Source: the human T2T-CHM13v2.0 reference genome, Homo sapiens. From it: a DNA stretch of 64,000 bases. The notes beneath the pieces were generated by a model. It saw only the letters and a program-made list of their open reading frames with translations. It was not told where the DNA came from and searched no databases. This document shows, in pieces, positions 27,117 through 43,868 of the stretch. The translations under genes were made by a program, and so were the position numbers. Numbering within the stretch: the first letter of the stretch is position 1; each line of letters opens with the position of its first letter. The DNA lies in assembly GCF_009914755.1 (NCBI RefSeq), contig NC_060938.1. One strand, given 5' to 3'.

Positions 27117-27387
27117 CTGACCACCAAAGACCCCAAAAGTTGGAATAGACTCAGACCCCAGCCAGCCTCCCTCCACCAACCACCAGACATAGCTGTAATT
27201 TCCTGAAGCTCCTCAAGTAGAGAGCTCCTGACTCCAGCACCAAGGCTGACGTGGGGCTGCAAAGGCATGCTGAGTCCTGTTTCTGCCTCATAGCACTCCC
27301 CTTCTATACTCTGAATACTGAGGAGAGAAGACTGGCCTGTCTGGCCTTTTGGGGAAGGAGCCCCAGCCTGCAGGCAACAGACAGTAC

Positions 27388-27512
27388 CTGAGGAAGCTGG
27401 AATCCCGGAAGTAGATGAGAGCTTGGGCAGAGGGCTGCAGACGTTGGTTCCGGTTCAGGAACTGCATCACCTCCATCTCTGTCACAGAGCGCCCTGAAGG
27501 GTACTGCTGGGC
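27388..27512 (-). CDS. TEP1: TEP1 exon 21 ([10 protein letters not shown]...YFRDSSFL)
   Basis: Matches the ORF at 27288-27485 (minus); acceptor ccccgcag; donor GTACTG. Confidence 0.9.
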
Positions 27513-27739
27513 CTGCGGGGAGGACAGAGACAGTGAGTTTAGTCCTAGGCCACAATGACCCTCCCTCCAGACCTGCCAAGGCCCCAGGACTCCTGTATCT
27601 CTGATGTTCCTCTCTCCTTCCCTCCAGGCACAAGCAATAAAATATAGCTAATAGCTAATGTTTTTTATTTATTTTTATTTTTTTTTCCTGGAACAAGGCA
27701 CTAATAGCTAACATTCATTGAATGCCTGTAATGTATTGA

Positions 27740-28075
<336 letters not shown>

Positions 28076-28477
28076 CTGTTACAGACTTTCAATTCTCATA
28101 ATAACCCTCCAATGTCAATGTCATTGCTTCTCTTTAATATAGGGAAATGGAGGCTAGGTCAGAGTAAGCTGCATCACACAAAGCCACACAACTTGTAGAT
28201 GACAGAAGGGAGATCAGTACCCAGATCTATCTGATGGCAACACCTAAGCAGACCCGCCCTCTTACTTTTGCTCATGGCCAACCCCAGAGGCACTTCTCAA
28301 AGGACTTTTCTCATCTAGAGCATGGTCACTTGCAGTATCTTCAGCCTGTATTTCACTTCAAGTCTCAAGGACCTGCCTGTTCATAGTTGCAGGGTTTCTG
28401 ACAGAGTGTGGCTTCTCCCAGCCTCTGCCCCAATCTTTGCTTCCTCCCCAGCCCTCCTCCAAACCTGTCTGCCTTAC

Positions 28478-28598
28478 CCAGTGGAAGTGTGGATGGTCAG
28501 GAAGGTTGTAGCTGGGGGGAATGTATCCATAACGGGAGCCCAGAATCCCCACAAACAGCTGTGCGTTCTCCACCTCCCCAAGGCACACTTCCAGTTGT
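28478..28598 (-). CDS. TEP1: TEP1 exon 20 ((R)[10 protein letters not shown]...PDHPHFHW)
   Basis: Matches the ORF at 28358-28849 (minus); acceptor gcctacag; donor GTAAGG. Confidence 0.9.
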
Positions 28599-28849
28599 CT
28601 GTAGGCATGATGATAGGGACGTGTGGGAGTCACTGGGGGCATGGTATCAGGGAACATAGGCACAAACAGGGAGACGGGGCCCTGACTCGCAACTGAGTAA
28701 AGAAAAGGTAGGCTGCTCTTGTTAGTATCCAAGGAGCGACTCCCGCCTTCACCCTCATCCATTCTTGCAGCCCCAACCATGCCCACCTCAGGTCCACCAC
28801 TCAAGCCCCTCATCCCCGACCCAGCCCCTCTTCTCTGCAGCCCCCACAC

Positions 28850-29026
28850 CTGTTCCTACGGGTCTCCTCCTCAGTGACGCCCCAGCGGAGGTCGATTCCG
28901 TGAAGGCTGATACGGTGAGGGGCCGCTCGGGCCTGCAGTGCTGGCAGCACAGACCTCAGCAGCAGGTCCCGCTCCCCGTGCATGTCTCGGAAAGTGGATG
29001 AAATGAAAAGCCGGATGCTGCGCCAT
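28850..29026 (-). CDS. TEP1: TEP1 exon 19 ((G)[10 protein letters not shown]...TEEETRRN)
   Basis: Minus-strand translation; acceptor tccccag; donor GTGTGG. Confidence 0.9.
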
Positions 29027-29339
29027 CTGGGGATAAGCAGAGAGCTGGGCTCAGTCTAGGGATGATTCCCACCCCCCATCCATAGACACTGCTGTGATCA
29101 CCCTTTAGCACTGAGCACAAGCCAGGTACGACAGACAGCAGATGGGTGCCCAGCAGGCCTTCAGAGAAGCACCTGCTAGTGGTCTCAACTGCAGGGCCCT
29201 GGAATTTAATGCCCACTTGCTATTTCTTGTACACCTCTCTTTTTTCTGGTAATCATTTTTATATACTTACTGCTTGTTCATGACAGCACTGTGAGGTAAG
29301 CACTATCATTATCTCCATTTTAGCAATCAAGAAACGATA

Positions 29340-29635
<296 letters not shown>

Positions 29636-29667
29636 AAGAAACTATAGCTTTAAGAAATTAAGCAACT

Positions 29668-29981
<314 letters not shown>

Positions 29982-30319
29982 TTAAGCAACTAAGCCAGAT
30001 TCAAACTACTATTTGGCAAAGCCACAATGAAAAAGCCAGAACCTGTGCTCCTAAGCCCTCTGCCTACGCCCTGGCCATACGGCCATGATGTCTGCCGTCA
30101 TCTTTGCATTCTGACTTCCTTTCCTCAGTAGAGAAAGGAAGGGCTTGCTCACAATCTGACAACTCCCTGTGGTAGAGAAACCTCCGCCTGAGAAAGAGGA
30201 AGCATGCCTTCATGAAGAGAACAAGCGGCACCTCACCAGCTAGAATTTCAGCCCCAGGGTTTCCCAAGGTTTGACTGCAGCCCCTCCCAATTCACAAAGG
30301 CATAGAAACACAGACTGAC

Positions 30320-30478
30320 CCTTGCTGGGAAACAGGAGCCAAGGGGCTTGGAGTGTCCTCTTCCAGTGGCCGGAGAGACTGGACCCCTGTCTTTCCTGGG
30401 GGTGGTGGAATCTTGAATATTTTGTCCATTTGGCCCACATGTTCCAGAAGATGGGAGGCCCCATGCTCTGCAATGAAC
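30320..30478 (-). CDS. TEP1: TEP1 exon 18 ((K)FIAEHGASHL...LAPVSQQ)
   Basis: Minus-strand translation; acceptor atgtcag; donor GTCAGT. Confidence 0.9.
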
Positions 30479-31283
30479 CTGACATAAATAACAAGATAAA
30501 TGAGAGTAGAATACCACAGGTCGAAATCAGTGAGGTCTTCCGAAAAGGGCAGGGGGAAAAAGATATGTCCAGGTTTGGTGACCAGTTAAGTCAAGCTCCT
30601 TAAGAAGAGGACCATAAGCAGTTTATGCAGACTTAAAATAAATGAGGATGCAGAACCACAGGAATGAAGGAAAAGAGAAGCCCAGCTCTAGCCCCTCCTG
30701 CTGTGCGTGGTAATCACAAACTTGCTGTTGGGCCAGGGCAACGGGGTAGGGAAAGGTGTAAAGATTAAAGCCATCCCAGTCTGGGCTTGAGCAGCTCTGT
30801 GCCAGCCATAAAGGCCCCCTGGAGAAGGAGGAATGTGCCTGAGGCTTTCTCATAGGAGTTGAGGGAAATGGATGGTATCCAGAGGAAAAGCCAGGGGAGA
30901 AAACAAGTAAATAAGAAGGCAAAGGATGGAGAGACAGATAAAAAAAACGTGAAAAGATTTCTGTAATTTTAGCTTAAATAGACATAATTTTCTCTGGATC
31001 AAGAATTGAACAGAAGCCACAGTGACATGGCCAACTCTTGACAGTGAAGTCTCCCATGTCCCCTTTCTTCTTTCCTACTGGATATAATACAAACTTGGCT
31101 GAATACCAAGATGGCTGGAGCTCAGGCAGACATATTGAATTATGAGGTAGAAGCTGAGTATTTGAGGATCATGGAGCAATAAGAGAGAAAGTGCCTGGGT
31201 CCCTGTGACACTGTGTTGCTGCTATGCCTGGATGGCTGTAAAAGAGGAGTGAACTACCTCACTTTAAAAAAGAAGTAACTGGA

Positions 31284-31630
<347 letters not shown>

Positions 31631-31652
31631 TCAGTATCCATTCTGTACTCAC

Positions 31653-31712
31653 TTCAGTATCGCATCAGTACAGCCTGAGAGTGTCACATCATTGGGATTC
31701 AAATCTGTTGAC
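31653..31712 (-). CDS. TEP1: TEP1 exon 17 ((L)[19 protein letters not shown](K))
   Basis: Minus-strand translation; acceptor tttgccag; donor GTGAGT. Confidence 0.85.
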
Positions 31713-32024
31713 CTGGCAAAGGAAGAAGCAGTCATTAACCATCACAAACAATACCTGGAACACAGTCACTGCCCACTAACATCCCAAGATGAAAACCCCA
31801 CTTCTGCACCTTTAATAGGGTTATGTGGTAGGCTAGGGCTAGGGTGGACTCTCACAGAGGGGTACAGAGTTAGGCTAAAGTATCCACCTGAAGTGCAACA
31901 GAGGTAAGAAGGCAGAGTTGGGGAGATCCCTGCCAAGTGGGAGTGTCCTATGCTTTGGCAGGCGTAGAGAGGAAATGTAGACCACTGATTTCTGACACTG
32001 GGCAGGAAGTATAAGCACCCTTAC

Positions 32025-32155
32025 AGGTATTGTACCCTTCTTAGGAGGATACCAACAAAGAGGCACTTGGAATTCACACGCTGCCAGTAAAGCTGTTTGG
32101 CCACATTTATCATTCCATCATCCATGCTTTGGCCAAGGAGGATGACCCTGTCCAC
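32025..32155 (-). CDS. TEP1: TEP1 exon 16 (VDRVILLGQS...ILLRRVQY)
   Basis: Minus-strand translation; acceptor catcttacag; donor GTAAGG. Confidence 0.9.
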
Positions 32156-33095
32156 CTGTAAGATGAAAAGGGAGAAGATGCTAGAGAAGGGATGCTAGAC
32201 AGCCCAGGACATTAAGATATGAGCTTTCTGAGGACAGGAGGATTAGGAGAACTCTGAGAGGAGTACCTCTCCTGAGAGCACATAGAATGAGGGAAGCCAC
32301 TGCATTTTAACTTACAGGGGACATCAAAGTGGAGGTTGGAGTGGGGCAGTGGTATACTGCAGCTGGCTCATTCAGGCTCAAGAGAGCTGATTGTTAAGTT
32401 TTCAGGAAGTTTGTGGGCAGTTGTTAAAGATGGACATTATTAAACATTAAATTGTATACATTTAAAAAATTAAATAAGTTATATTTAAAACAAATGTGGC
32501 TGGGCATGTTGACACACACCAGTACTCCCAGCTACTTGGGAGGCTGAGGCAGGAGAATCACTTGAGCCCAGGAGTTTTAGTTGCAGTGAGCTATAAGCGA
32601 GCCACTTCACTCCAGCCTGGGCAACGGAGTGAGACCCTGTCTCAAAAAATAAAAATCAGAAAATAAAACAAATGTAATAAATACTCAAAATGTATAACTT
32701 CCTAATAATTTTACTACAATTTACTATTATCTACACGTGCTTATTTACATCTACTATATCAGGAGTGTGAGAATACTACACAGCAGTGTGCTCCTGAGCG
32801 TCTTTTCCCAACTCTATGTTCAGTAGCATCATGTCGATAGCTTGAAATCAGCCACGGTAGGACTGTTTACACCATGGAAATTTAGCAGATGCTACTAACC
32901 AAGGCTTATTTTTCTAGGCAGCTGGTTGTTAGATATTCAGCAGCACACCACTGGGTAGGGGGTTGTAGCCAGTAGAGCTGATCTGACTATTGTATGTGGT
33001 TGGAGAAGTCAGCTCTAAAGGTCAAGAAATGAAATATATCAGTTGCAGAGGAAAATGTGGGGGAGGGAGAGGGTTTCTCAGGGATTAATACTCAC

Positions 33096-33173
33096 AGGAA
33101 CCCTTTGGCCAGCCAGAGACAGCAGGTATTTCCCAAAAGTATTCAGGGACCATCCATCATTTTCATCAAACTC
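33096..33173 (-). CDS. TEP1: TEP1 exon 15 (EFDENDGWSLNTFGKYLLSLAGQRVP)
   Basis: Minus-strand translation; acceptor ccttcag; donor GTGAGT. Confidence 0.9.
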
Positions 33174-33352
33174 CTGAAGGAAAGAGACTTCATGTTATGT
33201 GGTTGCACAGTAAGCGACAAACACTGCAGTCTTGCAGTCTGCTTGGGAAATCTTCAGAACTGTGTATTATCTGTGCCTTTACCAAATATCTGGGCTATTC
33301 CCAGGCCTGTGTCCTTCATGTATTTTTGGATGGTGGGTGCTGAGTGTCTGAC

Positions 33353-33511
33353 CTGGACTTGAGCCTGGAGCTTGATGGCAGTCTTCAGGATGCCTTCTTC
33401 TGCCTTAAGCACTGCAGTCTTCAGAGTGTCACCTCCACACAGCACGACGTCCACCTGCTCTGCCCTCGTGATCATCATCCCAATCAACAGCAGTGCATAG
33501 TTCAGCGGGGG
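33353..33511 (-). CDS. TEP1: TEP1 exon 14 (PPLNYALLLI...KLQAQVQ)
   Basis: Matches the ORF at 33254-33523 (minus); acceptor ccaatcag; donor GTCAGA. Confidence 0.9.
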
Positions 33512-34013
33512 CTGATTGGACAAGTGTCAGGGGAAATAAAGCTCCCCTGCTTTGGAATTCACCCTTGCCCAGCCAGCCCTGGAGGCCAAACCCTTCCATT
33601 GGTTAGAGGGAATAAGAAAAAGTGTAAAATCCCAAGTTAGGAGGGGTCAGCTTCAGCAGCCCTCAGGAGGAGCTGACTGTGGAGGGAGGAAAAGAGGAGC
33701 CAGGATCCCTGCCCAAGTTCAACACCGGGATGTAGTGAGGTGAAAGTGAGACATATTTTGGTGATGCAAATTTAGAGAGTACCAAGTACCAGCCAAAGGT
33801 GAAATGTTAGTATTATAATCCATAAACCTGGTTGAAACAACATCCTAGGAATTGCCCCTAGGAACCAAGGACTGATACTTGGAAGCAAATTCATATCATT
33901 TATTTCAGTCTGAGTGTTTGCCTGGGAAAACCAGCTCTGGGAACAGGATACTGCTCAGGATCCCCAGCATTCTACCAACCCAACCCCTTGGAGGATGCTT
34001 TTTGTTTTCTTAC

Positions 34014-34182
34014 CCCTTGTGGGTTGCTCTTTGGACAGAGCCTGTCTGCATTAGCATCTGTCAGATAGACCAAGACAGTGCGGCCTGGCAGCAGGGGCAG
34101 GCTGTGCTTCACAGAGAGGTTCACAGCTGTCTCTAGGGCCTGTCGGTACCTGTTCAGCATCTCACCATCATATTTCCACTGT
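34014..34182 (-). CDS. TEP1: TEP1 exon 13 ((R)QWKYDGEMLN...CPKSNPQG)
   Basis: Matches the ORF at 33972-34160 (minus); acceptor gcatgtag; donor GTAAGA. Confidence 0.9.
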
Positions 34183-35349
34183 CTACATGCAAGAAAGACA
34201 CAGACACAGGGGCTCAGGGACTTATCTGCCCCTTAGAGGCAGACGGGGAGATGAGAAGTTGCCACTAAGTATTGAGTCTTCTCCCTCCCTCAAGCACCAT
34301 ACCCGCTTCCACAGCCCACTCCATTTCTGGTGTAGAGGACTGGGAGAGAGCTTCCCTCTGCCCCCATCCTATAGGATTCTTCTAATCCACACTCATGGTA
34401 GGAGAGGGGAAGTCACCTGTAGACCCACTAGCTACACTTACCACATGAATCCATTCTTACTTCATGAAGCAAGATTCAATGGCTACATAGTTTTAAATTG
34501 TATTTTAAAAAACAAATGCTAACTCCTTACTCTGAAAACTGGCAATTAAAGGAGAATAAATTGAATATTCATCCCACCTTTCCCATACAATCTATTTCCG
34601 GGTAACTAAATAAATATAGTTGATAAGGGAGGCTGTTTTTAAAATTCCAGTTAAAAAATATGCAGGAATGATAAAACCCTCATTCTGCAACCGCCAATGA
34701 AACAATTGGTTCACGCAAAGATCACCAATGGATGAGCATTAACTACTGTGGAGAGATTAGGCTATTACTACCTAGAAGTGCTGATCAACATTAGCATTAC
34801 TGAGTAGTGGTCCCACTTAAATAGTATATAGGATCACCTATGAACTACTTGGCAAATCTAAATCTGTTCGAGGCTTTAGAGCTAATGCCCAGTGAACATA
34901 AAACAGAAAAACAAGTTAGATGACATCATGAGGAAGGAGGCAAATCCAGAATATGGGATATTCTTTGGGGTCCCTGAACCTGGTTTTCACAGTAGCTCAA
35001 TGCCATAAGAACAATTAAAAGGTTAAAAGTGACATAACAGACTTAACAACCAAATGTAATGTGTATACCTTGTTTAGATCTTGATTTGAATAAAACTGTG
35101 AAATGATATTTTTAAACAATTGGAAAATTTGAATATGGACTAAATAACAGATGATTTCACCGAGGAATTATTTTTAGTTTTGTCAGGTATATTAATGACA
35201 TTCTCATTGTATAAAAAATGTCCCTTTTTAAAGAAACACACACGAAATAAGGAAAGGTGAAATAAAATGTGTCTTATTATTTGACATTTGTTTTAAAAAT
35301 ATCTTCAAAAGAAAAGAAAAAGAAAAAAAGATCAGTAAAGAAAATGTAA

Positions 35350-35736
<387 letters not shown>

Positions 35737-35924
35737 TTAAAGTTTTTTATACTAATTTTTTAATCTAGCAAAATCAGTAGTCTTCCCAGCACTATCCAAT
35801 AGAATTCAATTACAATTAAATCAAATTAAACTTAAATTATACACATATAATTTTCTAATAGTCACATTTTAAACAGTAAAAATAAATTGGTGAAATTAAC
35901 TTTTCTTTTCTTTAAGAGACAAGA

Positions 35925-36510
<586 letters not shown>

Positions 36511-36536
36511 GGACAGGGTCTTCCTCTGTTGCCTAG

Positions 36537-36680
<144 letters not shown>

Positions 36681-36889
36681 TAACCCAATATATGAAAACA
36701 TTTTCATGTCAGCCTGTAATTAATACAAAAGTTATGAATATTTCACACTCTTTTTTCAGACTGCCTTCAAAACCTAGCATGTCTCAACTCAGACGTCACT
36801 AGCATATTTCAACTGCTAAATAGCCACATGTGGCTAGTGGCTACATTGGTCAGTACACAAATACCATTTGGACTGGCCCCTTGGGCTTT

Positions 36890-37205
<316 letters not shown>

Positions 37206-37861
37206 AGGCTTGATTCTTAAATGGCCCTCTGTTCAGCTACTGATTCAGGAGATTCCTAGTTACTGAGCCCTCTAGAAAGTTAAGTGAGTCCTGTGTTTGT
37301 TTTGAGTAAAAATAAGTGTAAGATACTGATGAACCACTTAAAAAGACAGCTGAGACTTCATCAAGCCTACAAAACAGATGGTACATCTGTCTTTGAGCCT
37401 GCTGATGGTAACTATCTTTGTGTGTATTTCAAAATACACACACACACAACAAAAACAAAAAAGATGAATGGGTCAAAAAATACAGAAAGATAGAAACAAA
37501 AAGAAAAACAAACATGTCACAGAAAAGAAAAAGAAAACCATGAATCAGAGCAGAAGCAGAGAGGACACCAGCATACACCACCATACATCAGCATAACTAA
37601 AAGAAAGGAATCTACATAAACCAATAAAACAATCACAGATAATAGAGTGGAGGTCCAGGAGTAGACTTTGTTTCATGATCTCTCTTTAGGACAATGTTAA
37701 AGACAAGGTGTGCTGTGCAAGAAACCAGGCAGTTCTGAGCCACTGCGATGACTGACAAGCAAACCTTTACAGAAAAACAGTTGGGATTCCCAGATGACTT
37801 CCAACCTGTGCCAGGGTAGCCCCGATTGCCCACCCTTGGCTCCCAGACAGTGCATACATAC

Positions 37862-38039
37862 CTGGCCTTGTGTACTCTCAGCTTCTCCCTCTTGAGCTGC
37901 TCATACAACACAGGTATCCTCATTGCCATCCGAAGCTGCTGACGGCTTAGGTGGCAAAGAAACCTCCGCCTGGGACGGTTCTTTTCATTTCTAGTTAGTA
38001 TCCGCCTCATCAGTGTTATATTCGAAGGAAAGGGCAATG
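37862..38039 (-). CDS. TEP1: TEP1 exon 12 ((A)LPFPSNITLM...KLRVHKA; TROVE region)
   Basis: Matches the ORF at 37633-38037 (minus); acceptor catacag; donor GTATGT. Confidence 0.9.
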
Positions 38040-38270
38040 CTGTATGATGACAGGTAAATTTCCGAGTTAGGCAGCTTCTATTCCCTCATCTTTTCCTACC
38101 AGTAATGTGACCTGAGCCCCAACCCTTGGGGCTGGCAAGTGCCTGACCTCTGCCCCCCACCCCGATACACCCTGAGACTGCAAAGCAAGAGGCTAAAAAT
38201 ATTGGTGCTGCTGCTTCATTTATTGTCAGATGTGGGAGGCAAAGAGGAGTTGGAAGAAAGGGGAGAATAC

Positions 38271-38361
38271 CTTGATTTCTGAGTTGAGCCTCGAGGGCAT
38301 CAATGGCATCATGGGCGTTAAGAAATCTGAATGGAAACTGCCGACTGTGGATCACCGACTT
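38271..38361 (-). CDS. TEP1: TEP1 exon 11 (KSVIHSRQFP...EAQLRNQ)
   Basis: Matches the ORF at 38086-38355 (minus); acceptor tttctag; donor GTATTC. Confidence 0.9.
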
Positions 38362-39032
38362 CTAGAAAGCAAAGGAGGGAGGGGTCATGAGCACAGGAGC
38401 CGGGAGTATGGGGGGCTTCAGGGGTCCACTCTATTAGCTTTGTGGGAAGGTACAGAAGGACAAAATGAACTTAGACAAGAGATATAGAAAAGGGGTAATA
38501 AGAAGAAAGAAAAAAGTCATCATTTTAGGATGTGAGAAAAGGTAACAAAAGAAGAGAAAGTAACAGAAGGAGCCCCGTTTCTTTTAAGACTCCCTCTGGG
38601 CAGGGTGTGGTAGCTCACGCCTGTAATCCCAGCACTTTGGGAGCCTTAGGCAGGTGGACTGCCTGGGCTCAAGAGTTTGAGACCAGCCTTGCCAACATCG
38701 CAAAACCCCATCTCTATAAATAAAAAACAAAGACTCCTTCTGAAATCAGTTACATCACACAAGTGTCTCTTCCTGGTAAGTCACTGAGCTCAGAAAATTA
38801 AAATGAAAGTTCTTATACTCTACTGTAACTTCTCAAAGGATTTACTGAACCCCAAAACTTATCTCCCTCAACCTAGCTGTATTCCCAGATCTACTTACAG
38901 CCCACATGGAAACAGCTTGAGGGCCGTACCTGCCTCTGCCCCCTGAAAAAGCCTGGCCTCTAAAGCAGCAGTGGCCTCTCCACGTGCACATCTAGTTGCT
39001 GGGCCCCATGGCTACCAGCCCCTCACACATAC

Positions 39033-39142
39033 CGCATGCTGGAGTCTCTGGAGAATGAGCTCATGGTGGCGGGAACTGATTCCAACCCGCAGCAGGTTGC
39101 ACAGGTTCCGAAGCATGGCCATGAAGGGAAGCTTCCCATTTT
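39033..39142 (-). CDS. TEP1: TEP1 exon 10 ((E)NGKLPFMAML...LQRLQHA)
   Basis: Matches the ORF at 39012-39290 (minus); acceptor attccacag; donor GTATGT. Confidence 0.9.
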
Positions 39143-40184
39143 CTGTGGAATGTGGGGCATAGAGTGAGAAAAACAAATGAGAAGGCCAGGCACAGTGGCA
39201 TGCACCTATAATCTCAGCTACCAAGGAGGCTGAGACAGAAGGATCACTTGAGCCCAGAACCCAGGAATTAGAGTCCAGCCTGGGCAACATAGCAAGACTG
39301 TCTCAAAAAAAAAAAGCAAATGAGGGATGATTAGAGAGAGGTCAGAGACCAGAGCAAGAAGTTCAGAAACCAGGCATGTGGAAAGTCCAAGATAGAGGAA
39401 GTGAGGAATTCACATACAATCTACCCTACTCAAAATGTTTTAAAGGCTTGGAAAGATTAAAAACAGGGTTGGCCCAAAGTTTGGAACAAAATTTATGCAA
39501 CACTGTTTATGGGATGGCTGTTATGTTACCACTTAATCTGTTGGCTCTAGCCCTAAGATTGGGTTCAACTGGCAAAATGTATTATCTAGTCTAGAGCAAA
39601 GGTTTCTAAACTTTTTAGATGGCCAAAAGAGAAATTTCGTAGTGTAAGTTGATTTATGAAGTATATACTAACATAATGTAGCACATTCATTAGTTAATAT
39701 TTCAAGGCACAATATCCATTTAAAAGAAGGTTCACCATTTATGAAACCCCGTCTCTACAAAAATACAAAAATTAGCCAGGCGTGGTGTCTGGTGCCTCTA
39801 ATCCCAGCCACTCGAAAGGCTGAGTCAGGAGAATCGCTTGAAACCAAAATGCGAAGGTTGCAGTGAACCGAGATCACGCCACTGCACTGCAGCCTGGGTG
39901 ACAAAGCAAGACTCTGTCTCCAAAAAAAAAATTAAAAAAAAGTTCACCATTTATAATGACGAATGTATGTAAATCCATATTTGAAATAGTCTTCATAATT
40001 TGTAAGCTTCTCACCCAATTTCTTCTATTTGATTAGTCATTACTTTTTTTGCTTAAATATAGGTGAAAAAGATTTGCACTGGAGATAGAATTTCACCACT
40101 GACCTCTGTCACTTCCTTATTGTTCCCTTGTACCTGTGTTATTAATATTATCTTCAAGCCATAGTTTCTTTTCTTTTTTTTTTG

Positions 40185-40475
40185 AGACGGAGTCTCACTC
40201 TGTCACCCAGGCTAGAGTGTGGTGGTGCAATCTCAGCTCACTGCAACCTCTGATTCCTGGATTCAAGCAATTCTCCTGCCTCAGCCTCCGAGTAGCTGGG
40301 ATTACAAGTGCTCACCACCATGCCTGGCTAATTTTTGTATTTTTAGTAGAGACGGGGTTTCACCATGTTGGCCAGGCTGGTCTCAAACTCCCGATCTACA
40401 GTGATCTGCCTGCCTCGGCCTCCCAAATTGCTGGGATTACAGGCGTGAGCCACCATGCCCAGCCCATAGTTTCTT
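40185..40475 (-). repeat. Alu SINE
   Basis: Alu consensus, reverse orientation. Confidence 0.85.
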
Positions 40476-40510
40476 AATAATAATATTTTTAAGGTTTATA
40501 TCAATTTTAG

Positions 40511-40812
<302 letters not shown>

Positions 40813-41237
40813 TCAATTTTAGACAGTTAATTTGGTTAATACTGAATAATATAATTCCAAATCCATCTACAATTGAAAGATAAATTGCTATAAGTCAAAT
40901 TATATAGAAACCAAAATTAAAAAAAAAAAAGAGTGAAGGGGTGACATTAATGCCCTCAGATTGTGGATGCTCAGAAAACCTCAACTATTACACGTAACAC
41001 ATAACACTGTATCATATGGATTCAGTGACTATGTGGGTTCAATCTGCATGGTAAGTACTGGGAAAATTCTTTTCTTTTAGATAAAAGTAAACATAAATAG
41101 GAGGTGTGATTTTCTTTTCCTGGACAGAGGTGCATTCAAACCACTTTAGAGGCCAGGCCGGTCAGTCCGTCACCATGCCTTGTGCACCAGCCCACACCAT
41201 CAGCAGCTTCATCAGGTAAATGCTGCTCCCTTTGTAA

Positions 41238-41600
<363 letters not shown>

Positions 41601-42289
41601 GGCCTCCAGTCATAATTCTGATTCACAAACTGTATGGAACAATTAGGTTGTATATGTACTATAAATGAACTATTGCATCCATTGTCGACTCAAGTTTTTT
41701 CCACTGTTACTATGTATAAAAGGTTTTCTAGATCATTTTCGGTAAGAAATTAAGTCCAATATCATACTGGTGATATTAGAAAATAAACTGGACATTTATC
41801 CTTAAGATTGCAAAATTCACTAATTTCATTCCAAAAAAATGTTAATGAGTTATTAATGAGATCTGTGGTCTTCAAAAAGGGTTCTGTATATCCAATTACA
41901 TTTTATCTTATATTTTATACTTATATCTTTTTTTATATTTCCTTTTATTTATTTATATTTATTTTTGGCTGGGCACAGTGGCTTACATCTGTAATCCCAG
42001 CAATTGGAGACCAGCCTTGGCAACAAAGTGAGGCCCTGTTTCTTAAAAAAAAAAAAAAAAAAAAAAAAAGTACATATACATATATTCTGGTGTATCCTAA
42101 AAATTGTTTTTGTAGTATATGATTAAAAAAAAGAAACACTAGCCACCACGGGATTAGACTATGGGCATTTGCCTCAACCAGGATAAATGACATTAAAAGA
42201 ATAAATTTACATGTCCTTACATTTTCAGGGACAGTGGTTCTCAACCAGAGGGAGGAAGTGGAGATGGGTGCATATAGAATTATCTTCAT

Positions 42290-42570
42290 ATGGCTGGGCG
42301 TGGTGGCTCACACCTATAATCCCAGCACTTTGGGAGGCCGAGGCGAGTGGATTACTGGAGGTCAGGAGTTCAAGACCAGCCAATATGGTGAAACGCCGTC
42401 TCTACTAAAAATACAAAATTAGCTGGGCATGGTGGCATGCGCCTGTAATCCCAGCTACTCGGGAGACTGAGGCAGGAGGCAGAAGTTGCAGTGAGCCAAG
42501 ATTGCGCCATTGCATTCCGGCCTGGGCAAAAAGAGCAAAACTCCGTCTCAAAAAAAAAAAAAAAAAAAAA
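42290..42570 (+). repeat. Alu SINE
   Basis: ggctgggcgtggtggctcacacctataatccc... poly-A tail. Confidence 0.85.
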
Positions 42571-42675
42571 AAAAGAATTATCTACATATACCGGCTTCTA
42601 TCCAGGCCCCTTTATTCTACTCCACCCCAAGTGGTTTCAACCATCAGGGAAGAAGAGGCTGTCAACTGGGGGCAG

Positions 42676-42722
42676 GTGTGTGTGTGTATGTGTGTTTGTG
42701 TGTGGGTGCGTGTGTGTGTGTG
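42676..42722. repeat. (GT)n-rich microsatellite
   Basis: gtgtgtgtgtgtatgtgtgtttgtgtgtgggtgcgtgtgtgtgtgtgtg. Confidence 0.85.
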
Positions 42723-43395
42723 TGCAGTGGCTCATGCCTATAATTCCAGCACTTTGGGAGGCCAAGGTAGGAGAAATGCTTGAGGCCATGAGTTTGAGAC
42801 CAGCCTGGGCAACATTACAAAGACCTTGTCTCTAAAATTTAAAAAGAAAAGTAATAATTTTATAAAGTAAAAAACGAAAGAAAGAGCCTGCTATAGGTAA
42901 AAGTAGACCAAAAAAAAAAAAAAAAAAAAAAAAACAGAGAAAGAGAAAACTGAAGATAACTTGATCCTCCTCTATTTGACTTTTTTTTTTTCTGTATCAA
43001 TGTGGGCAAATTACCTAAAACTTCCATGTCCTAAATACAATATGAGGTTCTGTACAGATTCCAATATGCCATGTGCCAGTCCTACCTTTTTTGGAATGAG
43101 TTACAGAGATATCGATATGAGTACAATGAGAGAGAAGGTACTTTTGTCATATGTTGATAAAAACTTGTACATCACCTAACTACATCTGGTATAATGATCT
43201 ATGATGCCAACATTACTCAAAGCAGGTACCACTGTTTACTTTGGTGTAGTCAATGGCAGACCTTATAAATCAAATACAACAACCAGGCAAAGTAATAACT
43301 TCATCATTCCACAGAAATCTTCTAGTGAGGATCTAAAATGTGGAGGCATAAATGGGGAAGAGAAGGAGGGAATGTGATGGTCAAGGTCACTCTAC

Positions 43396-43553
43396 CAATG
43401 AGTTCCTCCCAGACCGACGCTTTGTTCCCCCGTAGGCTCAGCTCCCGCTCCCAGGTCTCTGGCCTAGACAGCTTCATCCTCTTCCCAGCTCTGCTAGAAT
43501 CCCAAGGCCCAGGAAGGCGACTTCGAGAAAAGAGCTGTAGGTTGGAGGGGTAT
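43396..43553 (-). CDS. TEP1: TEP1 exon 9 ((R)YPSNLQLFSR...SVWEELI)
   Basis: Minus-strand translation; acceptor atcctcag; donor GTAGAG. Confidence 0.9.
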
Positions 43554-43868
43554 CTGAGGATAGGTAAGAAAGAGGTCTATCATTTCAGAGTCAGCAAGAA
43601 AATAACTCAGAAAAGGAAAGGTGAGTCATGTTTACAGGGCATGTCTGCCCAAATATGCCTAAAAATAACTCAGAAAAGGAAAGGTGAGTCATGTTTACAG
43701 GTGAGTCAGAAAAGGAAAGGCAGCAATTGGAAAGGCAGTCATGTCTACAGGGCATGTCTGTCTAAAGTCATGTTGCTGGGTTTGAGAACTACTGGGATGG
43801 GGGCCACGGATGTTGAAAAGTTAAGGAATTACTTAGATGGAATGCATGCTCAGGGTGCAGCTTCTCAC

